DNA of 64,000 bases, from positions 25,184,954-25,248,953 of the forward strand of contig CP154954.1 in the NCBI GenBank assembly GCA_039621445.1. The letters run 5' to 3'. A program made the position numbers and the translations under genes. A model generated the notes under the pieces. That model did no database searches. It saw nothing but the letters and a program-made list of their open reading frames with translations, and was not told where the DNA came from. Positions 14,191-26,292 of this stretch are shown here, piece after piece (position 1 is the first letter of the stretch; the number at the start of each line of letters is the position of its first letter). Source of the stretch: Euglena gracilis (taxonomy: Eukaryota).

Positions 14191-14924
14191 CGGTCGCCAG
14201 ATGCTTGGCCCGGGCCCCCTGTCGTACGGCTGGGGTGGTTGTCAGGCATGGGGTTGGATGGGGGGAGGGGGTAACACGCCCCCTACCCCCGCAGAAGTCC
14301 CCAAACGTTTGCAGGAAGCTGTAAAGAATCGGCGCAAAATCGGGCATTTTCCGGGTGGGCAGACAACACGGGCAGGTCGTTGCCGTGTGTTATTTCTGAA
14401 AATGTTGAATTGGGTTGGTGAGATCTCCCCCTCCTGCCCCTTTCCAGCGGTCCGCAGCACCAGTCGCATCGTCTACGAGCTGGCCGCGTGCACAGCGATT
14501 TCAGCGACGGATGTGTCATCCCCGGCCGGGATGCTGCGGGTGGCGTCCCTCCCCTGCCTGTGGGAAGCGGTCTGTGGTTGTTGGCCCGCCCCAGGCCGCC
14601 CCCGGGGCTCTGCACCTCCTCCGGGCGGCAGAGCATCGCGAATGGGCAGCTTCTCATCGCGCCGCATCACGTGCAGTATTTCCTCCATCGTCTGTTTGCG
14701 GGAGTCACAGGTTGGTTGCCTTCGGGGTTTTGGTTTTGAATTGGGCGGAGGTCAGGCGTCTGGCGTTATGGGCACGAGCTCGTGTGCTGCGGTGTCTTTT
14801 GCCAGGGCGACCTCTGATGATGGAAAGTGTTCTGCCGACTCCCAACCGCCAGCTCTGTCCCTCAATCATTTCCCTCCCCCTGCCCGTGAACAAGCGCTGT
14901 GGTTGCTCCTGCGATGAATGTTGA
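14191..14924 (+). CDS. 3' exons of unknown gene D (14191-14234, 14448-14539, 14632-14703/14710, 14806-stop at 14817 or 14924)
   Basis: GC3-rich segments bounded by CAG| acceptors and |GT donors join in phase: GRQMLGPGPLSYGW-AVRSTSRIVYELAACTAISATDVSSPAGMLR-SIANGQLLIAPHHVQYFLHRLFAG. No family recognised. Confidence 0.55.
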
Positions 14925-17574
14925 ACTCCCTTTTGGCAAACGTGTTTCGGCTCCCCCCCAGGGTTTGCTGAAATTGCATTTTGGCTCGACTTTGGAGGGT
15001 AAAGTTTTTCGGCCCAGTGCAACCCCCAACCTGCCATTAAAGTTACCTGCCCCCATGAAGAATGTCTCCATCCGGTAATTTTGCACAATGCCAAGCTACT
15101 GCATGCATTGTTTCTTATTTCCCCTGACATTTACACACAAATCCGGCACACCAACTTTGCAAGTCGGCACACAACGAGGAATTCCCCCCCCCCCCTGCAC
15201 ACCGACCAGTTTCCCATAGCTTCCAACCAGGGGGGGTCATACATCCCACCCGAAATTAAACGTCCTTCCATGTTCTCGTCGGACTTGAGGTGGGAGGGCA
15301 GGGGGCCTGGGGGGGATGCGAACTGCATGATCCCGCATGATCCCGCATAATCTCACACAATACCGCATAACTTGATTTTTGGGAAAATCTAAAAAATAAA
15401 AGCCCCAGAAAAGCTCCTTAAACAGCTCCTTTCTGTTTCAGGGAACATTTTGAATCATTTTTGGATCATTTTCTGCATTCTTTTCCCCACAGAATTATGA
15501 TTGGGCATTATGCAGAGGTGAAAATTTTGACCGCATGATCCCCCGTTATCCTGCATCCTCCTGGACTGACTCCAGAAAAATTTCATCAGACCGAGGTGCC
15601 CAAGGTGCTTTTTTATGTAAATTAAGTCTTCTTAATTTGCATAAAAAAGATAGTTTACATCTTCTTAAAGTTGGTCCTCAGAGAGGCAGGGATGCATGGG
15701 ACATTTTCACCTCTTGGCCAGAAAAGCTAACCCAGCTGGATTTGCGCTGCAGCCAGCTGGACCCACCTGTCCAGATCCCCATCTCCTGGGTGGGGGGGGG
15801 CAAGGTATCAGACCCACCACCCACGGGAACCACACCGACCAATTAAGGTAAGTGTATGTCCCCACAGCGCTGGAATTACACCAGAGTTGCTCACCCTGCC
15901 AGGGGAGCAACACAAGAGCACTGGTGTAAGGGGTCCCTGGCCACTGACCACACAAACTGGGCCAGAAGCGAAGTTAGCGCCGGCCATAAACAGACAAGGA
16001 GCCTCAGTGCAACTCAGCTTGGAAAAATGCACAAAATCTGAGAGAAAAGGCACAAAAATCACGAAAACAAAAAAAAACTCAAAAGAAATGCAAAAATGGC
16101 ACCGTATCTAAAGAAATCAAATGAAAATACAAAGAAAACTTCATTTCAAAAAATCGAAAATAAAAAAACCCACAAAATAGACAAAAAAAGTGTGAAAAAT
16201 TGGGGCAATTACACAAAAAAAATGTGAAAAAATGCGAAAAATGCGAAAAAATGGGCTGTGCATCCCCCCCCATCCATCCTTTTTCTTTTGAAAAAGAACG
16301 ACTGTGCAAAATTGCAAATGAAATGCAAAAAAATCGGCTAAAATGCAAGCATTTTCGTTTTAGTGTAATATTTTCAACAAAACGCACAGTCAATTCCAAA
16401 GATTTCGAGACAAAGTGCCCACAGATTTACGGGAAAATGCAAACATGTGGGGTGGGTGAGGTCAGCATTAAATGCAAGAACACATGCTAACCTCCCTTCT
16501 CAAGACCATGAAACGTTGAACGTTGCAAAATCAACAAATAATAAATCAAACCATGGATATGCAGAAGTCCTAAAAATACGAAAAAGTCAAACAATTAATT
16601 TAAAATACACCCCAAACAAATTTTTTCAGTTGTTTAAATTTGAATTTGTGTTGAAAGGCTTTTTATTTATCATTTTCAGCAGTATTTTTCAGGTTTGGTT
16701 GTTTTCTTCAGGTTTGGTCTTCGGCATGAGAAGAACAAGCCCTCTGGGATGCTGTAAACCATTTGAATTAAATTAAGTATCATTTTTCTGGAAAAACTTC
16801 AGCCACGTGGAAAAACAAAAAATTGGTCTCTGAAATCTGGGGAGGGGTGGTTTGCAGGGCTTCCCATCAGGGAACACTTTAAAGGCCAGGCTTGTGCATT
16901 TGTCCTCCCCCTGGTGGATCTGTAGCATTTTGTGTTTGTGAGGTTTTTACCATTGAGCAAACAGAGAAGGATGGAAAGCAATTTTTAGGAATTAGTGCAA
17001 TTTTTTTTGAATGTAGTGCAAAAAGAATACCAGCTCTGGGCAAATGTGTTTGAGGGCTCTCTGTTTAAAATGTGAACGTTTTTGGCAATGTTTTTTCGCC
17101 ATCTGCAAGCTTTTCAGGAATAAAGCCCGAGATAGGCCCAGGAGTCAGCAGGGATAGAGCCATCTCCAGTCCAATCTCCCATTCTTTTGGTATAATTCCT
17201 CATAGCCCTGTTTGAGACCAATTTGTGTTAATTTGTTTCATTTTTGAGCCATTTTGTGTCAATTCAGCTTAATTTCATTCAGATTGGGTCAAGCAGGCCG
17301 TTTTTGGTCTTCTTTTGGGCTGTTCTGCGCCGTCTTGGGCCATTTTTTTGGGGGGGCACCTTGGTCCAGTATTTCAGGTCAAAGTCCTGGTTTGCAACCT
17401 TACATGAAGCCAAACAACAGCAATTTTGTTCACTTTCACTCCGCATTATTTCGCATAATCCCGCATAATTACCGTATGATTACCTAATCCCGAATAATTT
17501 TTGAAATAAATCTGCCCCCTCGCAATCCATGGCCCACCCCGTCATGCAACTGCCCCCCCCCCCTCCTGTGAGGC

Positions 17575-18315
17575 ATTGCCATACACATGTGCACATGCCA
17601 GGGGTTTTTCCGGGGTGTTAAACCCATCCTCTCTCTCATCCACTTCACACCCAGGCTTTCCAAATATCCAAATAGCACTCCAATGCTGCTGAGTGCTCAC
17701 ACAGGCCCGGCAGCGCAGGTTCAGTGGTACGTACACGCTTTGCTTCCCATTGGGTTATGGGATGCCGTTTAGGGAGGCATCGCCATCAAGCCGGCTGACC
17801 CGGCAACACACGGTGCGAAACAAGGCAATTCCAGGGGGCGGGCGGCGAACGGCAAAGGGGTTGCTGTGGGGACTGGGCACACAGCGTGCTCAGGGGGAGT
17901 CCCTCCACCAGCTCCCTGCCCCTAGCACCCCCCCCCCCGGGCGGGTTGGTGCTAGGGGCAGGCACCCCATAGCACCCCTGCTGACCCCCGGGGGGGGGGG
18001 TAGGGTTTCCGGGACGGGTTGGGCAGGCACCCCTGTCTGGTGACCAATCCCGTTTTCCTTACCCCCCACCCGGCCCTGGGAACCCCGGGCTGCCCCCCCC
18101 GAACCCTGAATTCCCTGACAAGTTTTCACACAACGATCGCCCAGGGGGATGCCATTCAGGTGGATTGGAGTGCCGTTTGGAAAGCCTGGGGGTCAGTGAG
18201 AAGGCTGCCAACTTCGGATGAGCCCCAGGCCTGATGCATGGATTTCCTGGTTCTACAAAGGAGGGGAGAGAGGATGTGTTGACCGCAGGAAAACGCCTGT
18301 GCGCGCACATGGCAT
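17575..18315. repeat. Degenerate long inverted repeat (foldback) just upstream of gene A
   Basis: CCCAGGCTTTCCAAA...GCACTCCAAT (~17650-17684) pairs with ATTGGAGTGC.GTTTGGAAAGCCTGGG (~18164-18191). CATCCTCTCTC pairs with GAGAGAGGATG. Confidence 0.6.
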
Positions 18316-18500
18316 CTGTGCTCACTGGGGAGACGCCTTGTACCTCAGCATTACCCCCACTGAATGTCCATTTGGTGGGGGGGGGCGTCTTGTCACAGAA
18401 AAGAAAAGAAGAGTCCTGACCGCCCAATGGCCACTCCATGAACCCAGTTGGTCCCTGGTCCTGCTTCGTGTTCCCCCTCCCGCCCCTGCAGCGGCACCGA

Positions 18501-19247
18501 ATGGGCTGCGCCTCGTCCTGCGTCACCGCGGTGGCCCCGGCGGAGGAGGCCCCGCCGCCCCTCGGCCCCCTGGCCGGGGACGGGCCAGCCGGGGGCCGCC
18601 AGCCCCTCATCCTGCTGGTCCAGAGGGGCGAAGGGGACAGCGCCAAGAGCCCGGGCGGCGAGCCCTGGCGCACAAAGCCCACACGGGGGTCGAAATGACA
18701 CAGAATGCCTTTTACAATTCGGGTTGATTTCGGTTTGCACCCTGCCGCAGGGATATTTCGTGGACCCTCCCCTCCAGGAATTTGTCAGCAGCCCGGTTGG
18801 TGGAAAAAGTTGCCGGTTGTGGATGTTTCCCCGCTGAAGGAAAGACCAACGACACCACCCCCAAAGGGTCCCCAGCAAAAGTGTGGAGCCAGTCTGTATG
18901 CTGCTCCCCAGCCCTGTTCCCCGGTCCCTTGCAGTGACGGGGGAGGCCTCTCCCCATCTCGACAGCGTTACGCTTCTGCGCTGAAACGGCAGCTGATGAA
19001 ACACTACGTGGCCTCGTTCGACCGGCTGGAGCAGGTGGAGGAAGGACACCCCCCTGGCCAGGCGTCAGGGGACGTGATGGTTTTGCGGATATGTGTGAAA
19101 TGAGAGCGTGGCATTTACCGCTGTCTGTCCCAGTTTTGCTGATCTGTTCTGCGTTGGCCTATCTTTGTGGACCAGATCTCTGTGGATCGGCATTTGGGTG
19201 TTCACACTGACCAACTTAACGTTTGTTTGTGTCTGTGCACATGCGTC

Positions 19248-19323
<76 letters not shown>

Positions 19324-22300
19324 CGCGCGTGTGTGTGTGTGCATGCGAGTGTGACATGATGCGTTTCTGCCCTCCTGTGCACGCTCGTGGCTTGCTGGGT
19401 GCCAGAATTTCAGAATCAGGCCAAAGGTGTTTTGTTCAACTGCTCAATGATGATATGAGAGTTCGTCATTGAGTTTTTTGAAAACCTCCATGATACTCCT
19501 TGGACCAAAGTGAAATTTCGATTTTTAAACAAGGTGCCTTTACCTTGCCTCCACGTTGAAGGGGGGGGGCTACCTTTCCTATCGCGACGTGCCCGTTGCC
19601 CCTGTGGCGACGGTGTGTGCCGCTACGCAGGTGTGGGGGTGCCACCCGGTCACCTGCCCCCATCAACCTCCGCGCGTTGTTCGGCGAGGGAGACCCGGCC
19701 GGCATCTCATTGTCCCTGACCGACTCGCATGCCCGGTTGCGCCAACACGCCCCAACGTCCCGCAGCCTGATGTTCAGGGATGCTTCCTCCAGCCGGAGGG
19801 GACTCCCAGCAATTCCGGTTTCGCCATGCACCGCATTGTATGGTGTTGGGAGGACGTACCAGAGTACAAAGAAAAATGCATGAGAGTGCTGCTTCATTGG
19901 AGGTTTGAGCACCCCTCGGGGCTGTGTGGACCGGATAGAGGTGGGGGAGGGTTCCCCAGGGCAGAACGGGAATCGGCCAAACAGCCAGATTGGTGGGTGG
20001 GGGGGTCGACCCCCCCCCACCTCTTCCCGTACTTCCGGGAGCACCAATTTTTGGACCCAAAACCCCATTTTTTCACACCTTCCAAAAGTTTGACATTTTC
20101 TCAAAATGCTGATTTTGAAAGGTTTTTGAAGCAGAAAATGCCATTGAAAGTCCAAAAAAGTTCAACGAGAAAAAAAGTCAGTAAAATTTGATTGTGCCAA
20201 AATTTTGTCCACTTTTTTTTACCTTCGTTTTTTTCACCCCCCCTCCTAAAAAGTACCTGTTTAAAGGACGGAAAATTTTGAGATTTTTTTGAAAAAAAAT
20301 GTGGTTTTCCATAAAAAAATCATGCGTTTTGGGTTCATTTTTCAAAAAAATTTTCTGGCCAAAATCCCCGTTTTTCCGAAATTGGGGAAAATGCTGTGGT
20401 GGGTGGGGGTCGAACCCCCCCCACCTCCCGGGTGGGGGGGGTCGACCCCCCCCCACCAGGCCTTCCCGTTCTGCCCTGGGGTTCCCCCCCATCCCCCCAT
20501 AGTCAACAGGGGACACCCCGCGTGGAAACAGCCTGCGAACACCATCTGGTAGTTGTGGTTCCCACGCAGGAATTCTGGAGGACAAGGATTGGGGTTCATT
20601 CCTTTGGGGGGAAACCGCAGCCCAGCCTGGGAGCTGCTGGCTGGTGGTGAACGGGGCCTCTGGCATAAGAAAACCCCTGTCCCCGGAAACCCCTTAAAAA
20701 ACACCAAAATCCCAAATCCAACAGCCTTTATTCGGCTGGACTTCATTTCAACAGACGTCCAATGTCTGGGCGGGGAGTGAGTCTCCAGCGAGAGTTGTTG
20801 GCTACTGAGATAGGTTGAAACATTTGAGGAAGCTCACAGGAATGCACCATTTGAAAGACCCATTTCCGCAATCTAACACTCCATTTCTACTCAGTTTTGT
20901 CGTATGTGAAAATGCAACCCGAGAGTAAACCACTGCTAAACCAACCGCAGAAATTGGGCTTCAGAAAGCAACCAAAGGCTGGATCTGGGTTCGACATACG
21001 CAGGAACCCCTCCAGTCAAGGGGGTCATTCCTCTCCCCTGTCCTAAACACAGCAAGGTCCTCCCCCATCAACGCACATTCCCTGAACATTGGCGTGCCTT
21101 GGACAAGGGAGGGGAGGTGAGGGTCACCCCCAAACCTAAAGAAGGTGTGTTTGGGTACAGCGGTGACTGTTTAATTGACATCAAATCTTTGAGGAGTGAG
21201 ATGGAGCACAGAAAAGTCAAATTTTTCTACTATACATTTCTCTACTATACATTTCTTTGCTGCAAAGTATTTAGCAATTTTGACACAAATTTGCTCTCAA
21301 AGGGCCAAAATCGCGCTTTGGGCAGATTTGGGTCAGAGAATGATTCATTTGTTCTGGTCGTTTATGCCCACCGTGCTTTGGGGTGATCCGTCCCCAGGTC
21401 CCAACTGACAAACCTGCATTTTTAGGGACCACACCCATTAATTTCATAATTTCATCAGCACCACATCCTAATTTCATGCTTTCGGGTTTTGGGAGCCCAG
21501 TGTTGTGATTGTCCCGGTTACATCACTTGCTCAGTTCTCAGGACAATTCCTTGGACCTGATATCGACCCCAGGAATTGGAATTGTGGGGGCTGGGGCTGT
21601 GGCAGGGTTTGCCAAGGTGGAAGTCACAAGAAAGGGGGCACCCTCCCTTGACCGCAGGGGGTTCAGGTTTCCCGGACCATCCAAAAGGTCAACGCCTTCC
21701 CTCTGGTGACCCTGCTTTGAATTTTGACAATTTGGCCAACCCTTGCCCCAGGATTCCCAAAATTCCATTTTGGGTGCAACATGGGGGAATACAGCTTTCA
21801 GTCCGGCTCTTTGAGCCAGGATGAAAATAGTAAAACCCCCCAAATAACACCCCCCCCCCGGTGTGTTATTTGGGCACCCGAGCTGGGGTCCCAGGGTGTT
21901 ATTTGGGGGGGTTATTTTTATATGGAAAACCAAAGGAAAACAGGGGTGTGTGTTATTTGGGCGCTCGAGATCGGCCCCCCCTAGGGGGGGTGTGTTATTT
22001 GGGGGGGTGTTGGATTCCGATCCCCAGGGTACTCTCCCGGCGCTTTTGGAAAATCCCCTGCTGCTGACGCCAGCGACCACCAACATGGAGGGGCCTGCAT
22101 CTTACCCGCCATTTCTCTCGAAGGCTGTCGCTATGACCTCTGCTGCCCCCCCCCCCCAAATAAGACCCTCTTCTATGTCGATCGAGCAAAATCCAAAAAT
22201 AAGACCCCCAGCATAAATAATACCCCCCCCCTGCCGGCAGGCTGGCGTGAGGCGCCAGGGAGGTGTGAACATTCCCTGAAACATCACCAAAAACCCCAAT

Positions 22301-25300
22301 TTCTCAAGAATGATGCAATTTCAAAACGTTTCGTCTTTTGAGTTCCATAAATCATGGTAAATGCCAATATGTAATAATTAACACGTGGCGCGAAGCGCTG
22401 AAGAAAGAAAGTTTTTCAATGTTTTTTTTGGGTACATGAAAAATGATGCTTTTTTGGGCCCAGGTCGGTCAGAAAAATCCAAAATAGGACCCCCCAACCC
22501 CCCCCCCCCCTGGAGGTTTCCAGCAATGAACCCAAAAAATTTTGGGGGGGTTAATTGGGCCAATTTCTTTTTGACTTTGGTGTTTTTTTTGCTTTTTCCT
22601 GTGTTTCTTCATGCACAAGAAAGACAAGGATGGTGGTCATTATGGAAACGTATCATTGTTATGCGATGTGAACACTGCAGCCTGAGGTTTTGTGTATGAT
22701 TTCCCTACATGAAAATTCGGCAAAGCTTGGAATGCACTGAAAGGCGGTCATCAACGAAAGGTGTCCAGAACCTCATCTACAGGAAACCCCAGGAAACATT
22801 TTTTACAAATGCTTTCCTCAACGTTTTCCAAACAAAACAAGTTGCACACACAATCTGCAGAATGCATGTCAGCAGGCTGGGGATTAAACCCCCACCCCCA
22901 ACCTTTGGGGCAGAGCCCATTACCTCCCGCCACGACACCTCGGCGTGAGAAGTGGGCTGAACCCCGGCCTCCAACCCGTGCCAGCCGCGTGGCCCGCTTC
23001 CTGCCCCCTCATCCCCCAGGCCATGTCATTGCTTCGACCCTCACCAGGTGACACTCCGCTGTTGGGGGACACCCTCCCTTCACCAAGATGAGGCTCACCA
23101 GAATTTTGTGTGCATCAAACTGGTGACTGTGGCACTTCGATCCAAAGTGTGCAAACTGATTTCCGCGAAGCCAAACAGAGAACGACTGGCTGGTTTTTTT
23201 TCCTTCAAAGTGATGAACATCCCCCTCCCCGAGGGGAGTAAGCAGTGGTGTGCCCCAATGCCGAGCCTGCTGCTCGCCCACCACTGCCGCAGCAGCAGTT
23301 TGGCCTCCTGGGCTTCCCCGCATAGCCCTTCACGACCGCCCTTCAGTGGTCCGGGCCGTTTACCTCCCGCCCCAGCCTCCCCCGGGCCGTGCCCACCACC
23401 CTGCCTGCCCCCTCGCTGGCGCTGTGGGCCTTTGGGCCCCGCCGACACTCTGCCCGCTTGCTGCTGCAGCGTCCAGCGGTTGCATCGCCCCCCCCCCCTC
23501 CAGGACCCCTGCCGCTGTCCCACATCTTCCAGCCAGGTTCGCGATGGTTTTCCCATACCTACCCCCCCCCCCAGGAAACTGTCATGCCCGATAACCTGTC
23601 AGGGTCGCACCCAGGAAATTGTCAGGGTCCCCGGTAACAGCCAACCTGTCATGATAGGAAGTTGTCAGGGTCCCCGGTACTGGCCGGGGGGGGGTAGGTG
23701 CATTTTCCCCGCCTTCTTCCATCTCACAGGGATAGATGGGAAGCCCGTTGGTTTTCAGGTTTTCAGGCAGGTGGCAGGGGCAACCCCCCCTAGAGGACGT
23801 TCCAGACCCCACCTTGATGTGGGACCTGGTTTCCAGACCCCCAACCCCCTCCTTGGCAGGTTCCAAAAATAGCGAAGAATTTCCTTCCGGCGCTGCGCGC
23901 TGGAAAATGGACAAAAATGCCTTTTTCCTCACCTTTGAGCATATTTCACTTTTTTTTTTGCTGGTTCCATATTCCATATGTTTTCAAACTGTTTAAAACC
24001 TCAGAAAATGAGCATTTTTGGATTTATTTTCCAAAAAGAATCAGGGATTTTCGACAGCTTTCGCTTGGTTTTCGCCTGGTTTTCCTGTGGCCCTTTGCAT
24101 GCCAGCAAAACAACAAAATTTCCCCAGCCCCTTACCGTTTGGAGGTAGGGGGGTCCAACCCCCCCGTGTTGGGCGGGGGCTTCCCATGCATACCAATCCA
24201 TATCTGATGGTTCATTGAAAAATTTTGAATGAATTTTCACGTGTGGCAGCATTTTTACATTTGCAATGCCGCCATACGGCATTTTGGTAAATGAATGATG
24301 GAGCAGAATCAAAAAAGTTGTTTGACAACTTCGGTACCCCCCAAACAACCCCCCCCCCCTGAGGACCGACCCCCCCTCTGGCAGTTGTGAAGGCATAGAA
24401 AAAAGGGGAAAAAAGGCAGCAGAAATGTTCAAAAAAAATCTCAAAACTGGATGAAATTGGTGAAAATGAAGAAAATGTGCCAAAAGGCACCAATTTTTCA
24501 AAAATGCCCCCCAAAACCCAAAAAGTGACCTTTTTTGCCCAAATGAACCCCCAAATGATGACCCCCCGCACCCCGATTTCGAGTTCCCAAATAATAAACC
24601 AGTTTATTATTTGTGCACTCCCCCCCCCCAAATAATAAACCCCCGGTTTATTATTTCGGGGGGGGGGGAATATTCGAATATATGTGCACCGCAAAACAAA
24701 ATTTTTGGTCATTATCTATTCCAAATGTTGGCACCCAGACACTTTTGACAGCAATGATCTGAAAGCTTGTGAGAAAGCAATTTTTTTCGAAGGTTTTGTG
24801 AGATTTAAAATGTTGTGCAACACTCAGAGAAGTTTAATTTAAAGCCAGCCACATCTGTCGGCAACGCTGGTATCTGTGATTCTGGACAGTGTCGTTTGAC
24901 GCAGGTGACTCTTGGGAGGACTAACACGTTTGAATTGTGCGCACCACTCAAACAACACATATTTGACCAAACCCCCCAACCCCCCACGTGGTTACTTCGG
25001 GTCCCCAGGAAGTCATCAGCAGGCTTGCACTCGCTGACTTGCGAGGGACTCAGAGGGACGGCGTTGGAATGCGCCCCTCCTACCGCTGGCTGCGGCTCAC
25101 TCCATGCAGCCCCGAGGACACCCATCCGAAACGACTCGCCTCAGCCTAGGCCTCTATATTCACCGCTCGGTTTCCCCATCGAGCCTCGAGAGCCAAATGT
25201 AGCCACCAGGCCATGCTTGAGGACCGTGGTCTGCAAACAACCCTTGCTCGAAAGAAGTTTTTTTCAATCAAAAACAGCCAAGTGGTTTCCCTGCGAGAAA

Positions 25301-25591
25301 ATGTGTTTTCTTCTTCTGAAGAAAGGCCCCAGAGGAGGCAGATCTCCAGCTGTCGCAAGTAGGCCATTCCATTCTGACCCTCCCCGATTTGAACACAGGT
25401 CTGGCAGCAAAGCCCCTTCCCCCTGCCATATGACTGTGATTGGTGGCAGGGCCCCTGCACCATTACGATGGCTTGAATCAGCCCCAACAAAAGCTTTTTT
25501 CTTGTCCCCCCCCCCAGGCTTCAATTTCCTCATTTTTAGCATGGCTTTTCGCCTTGTCCAAGGCGACCATGCCACTTGGGGTTGGCAGTGA
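18501..25591 (+). CDS. Gene A: multi-exon, low-complexity protein with an N-terminal MGC acylation motif (approximate exons 18501-18688, 18935-19073, 19534-19630, 22914-22988, 23246-~23536, ~25022-25150+; 3' end uncertain)
   Basis: A pyrimidine tract and CAG lie 9 nt before ATG GGC TGC (MGCASSCV). It shares collinear blocks with gene [30 protein letters not shown]...RASR, PM..SLL..AH and LHAAPRT/LHIAPKT. Exon 3 needs a one-G correction in the 9-G run at 19561. Confidence 0.7.
19250..19341. repeat. (GT)n/(GC)n microsatellite
   Basis: Read directly from the sequence. Confidence 0.98.
19957..20478. mobile_element. 522 bp non-autonomous hAT-type element
   Basis: TIR CAGGGCAGAACGGGAA / TTCCCGTTCTGCCCTG, with a perfect 8 bp TSD GGGTTCCC (19949-19956, 20479-20486). 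Confidence 0.9.
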
Positions 25592-26292
25592 ATGCTCTCT
25601 TTTGATGCTTCCTTTCGAGAAATGATTGGCTTGTTTTTCAGGGGGCAGCCCCATTTTTAGCCGCAAGTTTGCACGCCTGTGAAGCTGCAAGCAATTGTAT
25701 GCCCCGACTGCCATAATTTGCTGGCGGGAATTCCTGGCTCTCCCTCCCTCCCCTCCCTCCCGTCCTCTCCCCTGCTCGTTCCGCGCTGCGTTCCTCCCCT
25801 CGCGTGCCCCGAGGCCTGCGGCACATCCGCTGCCATGGCAGGTCTCTGGTCGGCTTAATCTGGAACGGGCTGCTTCGAGTGGGCAAGGCCCAAAGGCCCA
25901 TTGCATTCCGTTTACAACAGTGTTTCGCCCGTGAAACTGTGCCGTGCATTTTTTGGGGGTGTGAGGCTGACTTCATTTTGCTTTTGCTTGCACATATCGG
26001 GCCTGGCCTCATCATCCAACGGCGAACGCGCCATGGATCCGACGTTTTGAGGCAGAGGCGCATGCGTTTTTCCGGTCGAGGCGGCACGTGTCCCCAAACT
26101 GCACTGCTTTTTGTATGTACATGGACCTCCCCTTTGAACCGGATTCATGGCCCGATACTTTCCTTCCCAGTGGTGGTAGTGGGTGTTGCTTTTGACCCCA
26201 CCCCCAGGGGGGGGTCCGGCCAGCCAGTAGCGTTTTTCCAGCCACTCCAAATTTTCCAGGAGCGCTTACCCCCCCCTGGGAGGGGGCCCTAA

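Larger units (their letters stand above)
273..14191. repeat. Tandem array of four near-identical ~3.5 kb units (starts 273, 3776, 7280, 10788; the last ends at 14191)
   Basis: CACTCGATACCCTGGCC recurs at offsets of 3503, 3504 and 3508 bp, and the same ORF set repeats four times. Copies differ only by a few SNPs, small indels and homopolymer lengths. Confidence 0.97.

Noticed and set aside
13997-14917. 306 aa ORF as a single CDS
   Set aside because: It runs across the repeat-unit end, introns and exons, and the exon at 14632 is in a different frame.
19108-19472. CVCVCV / THTHTH ORFs
   Set aside because: These are translations of the (GT)n microsatellite.
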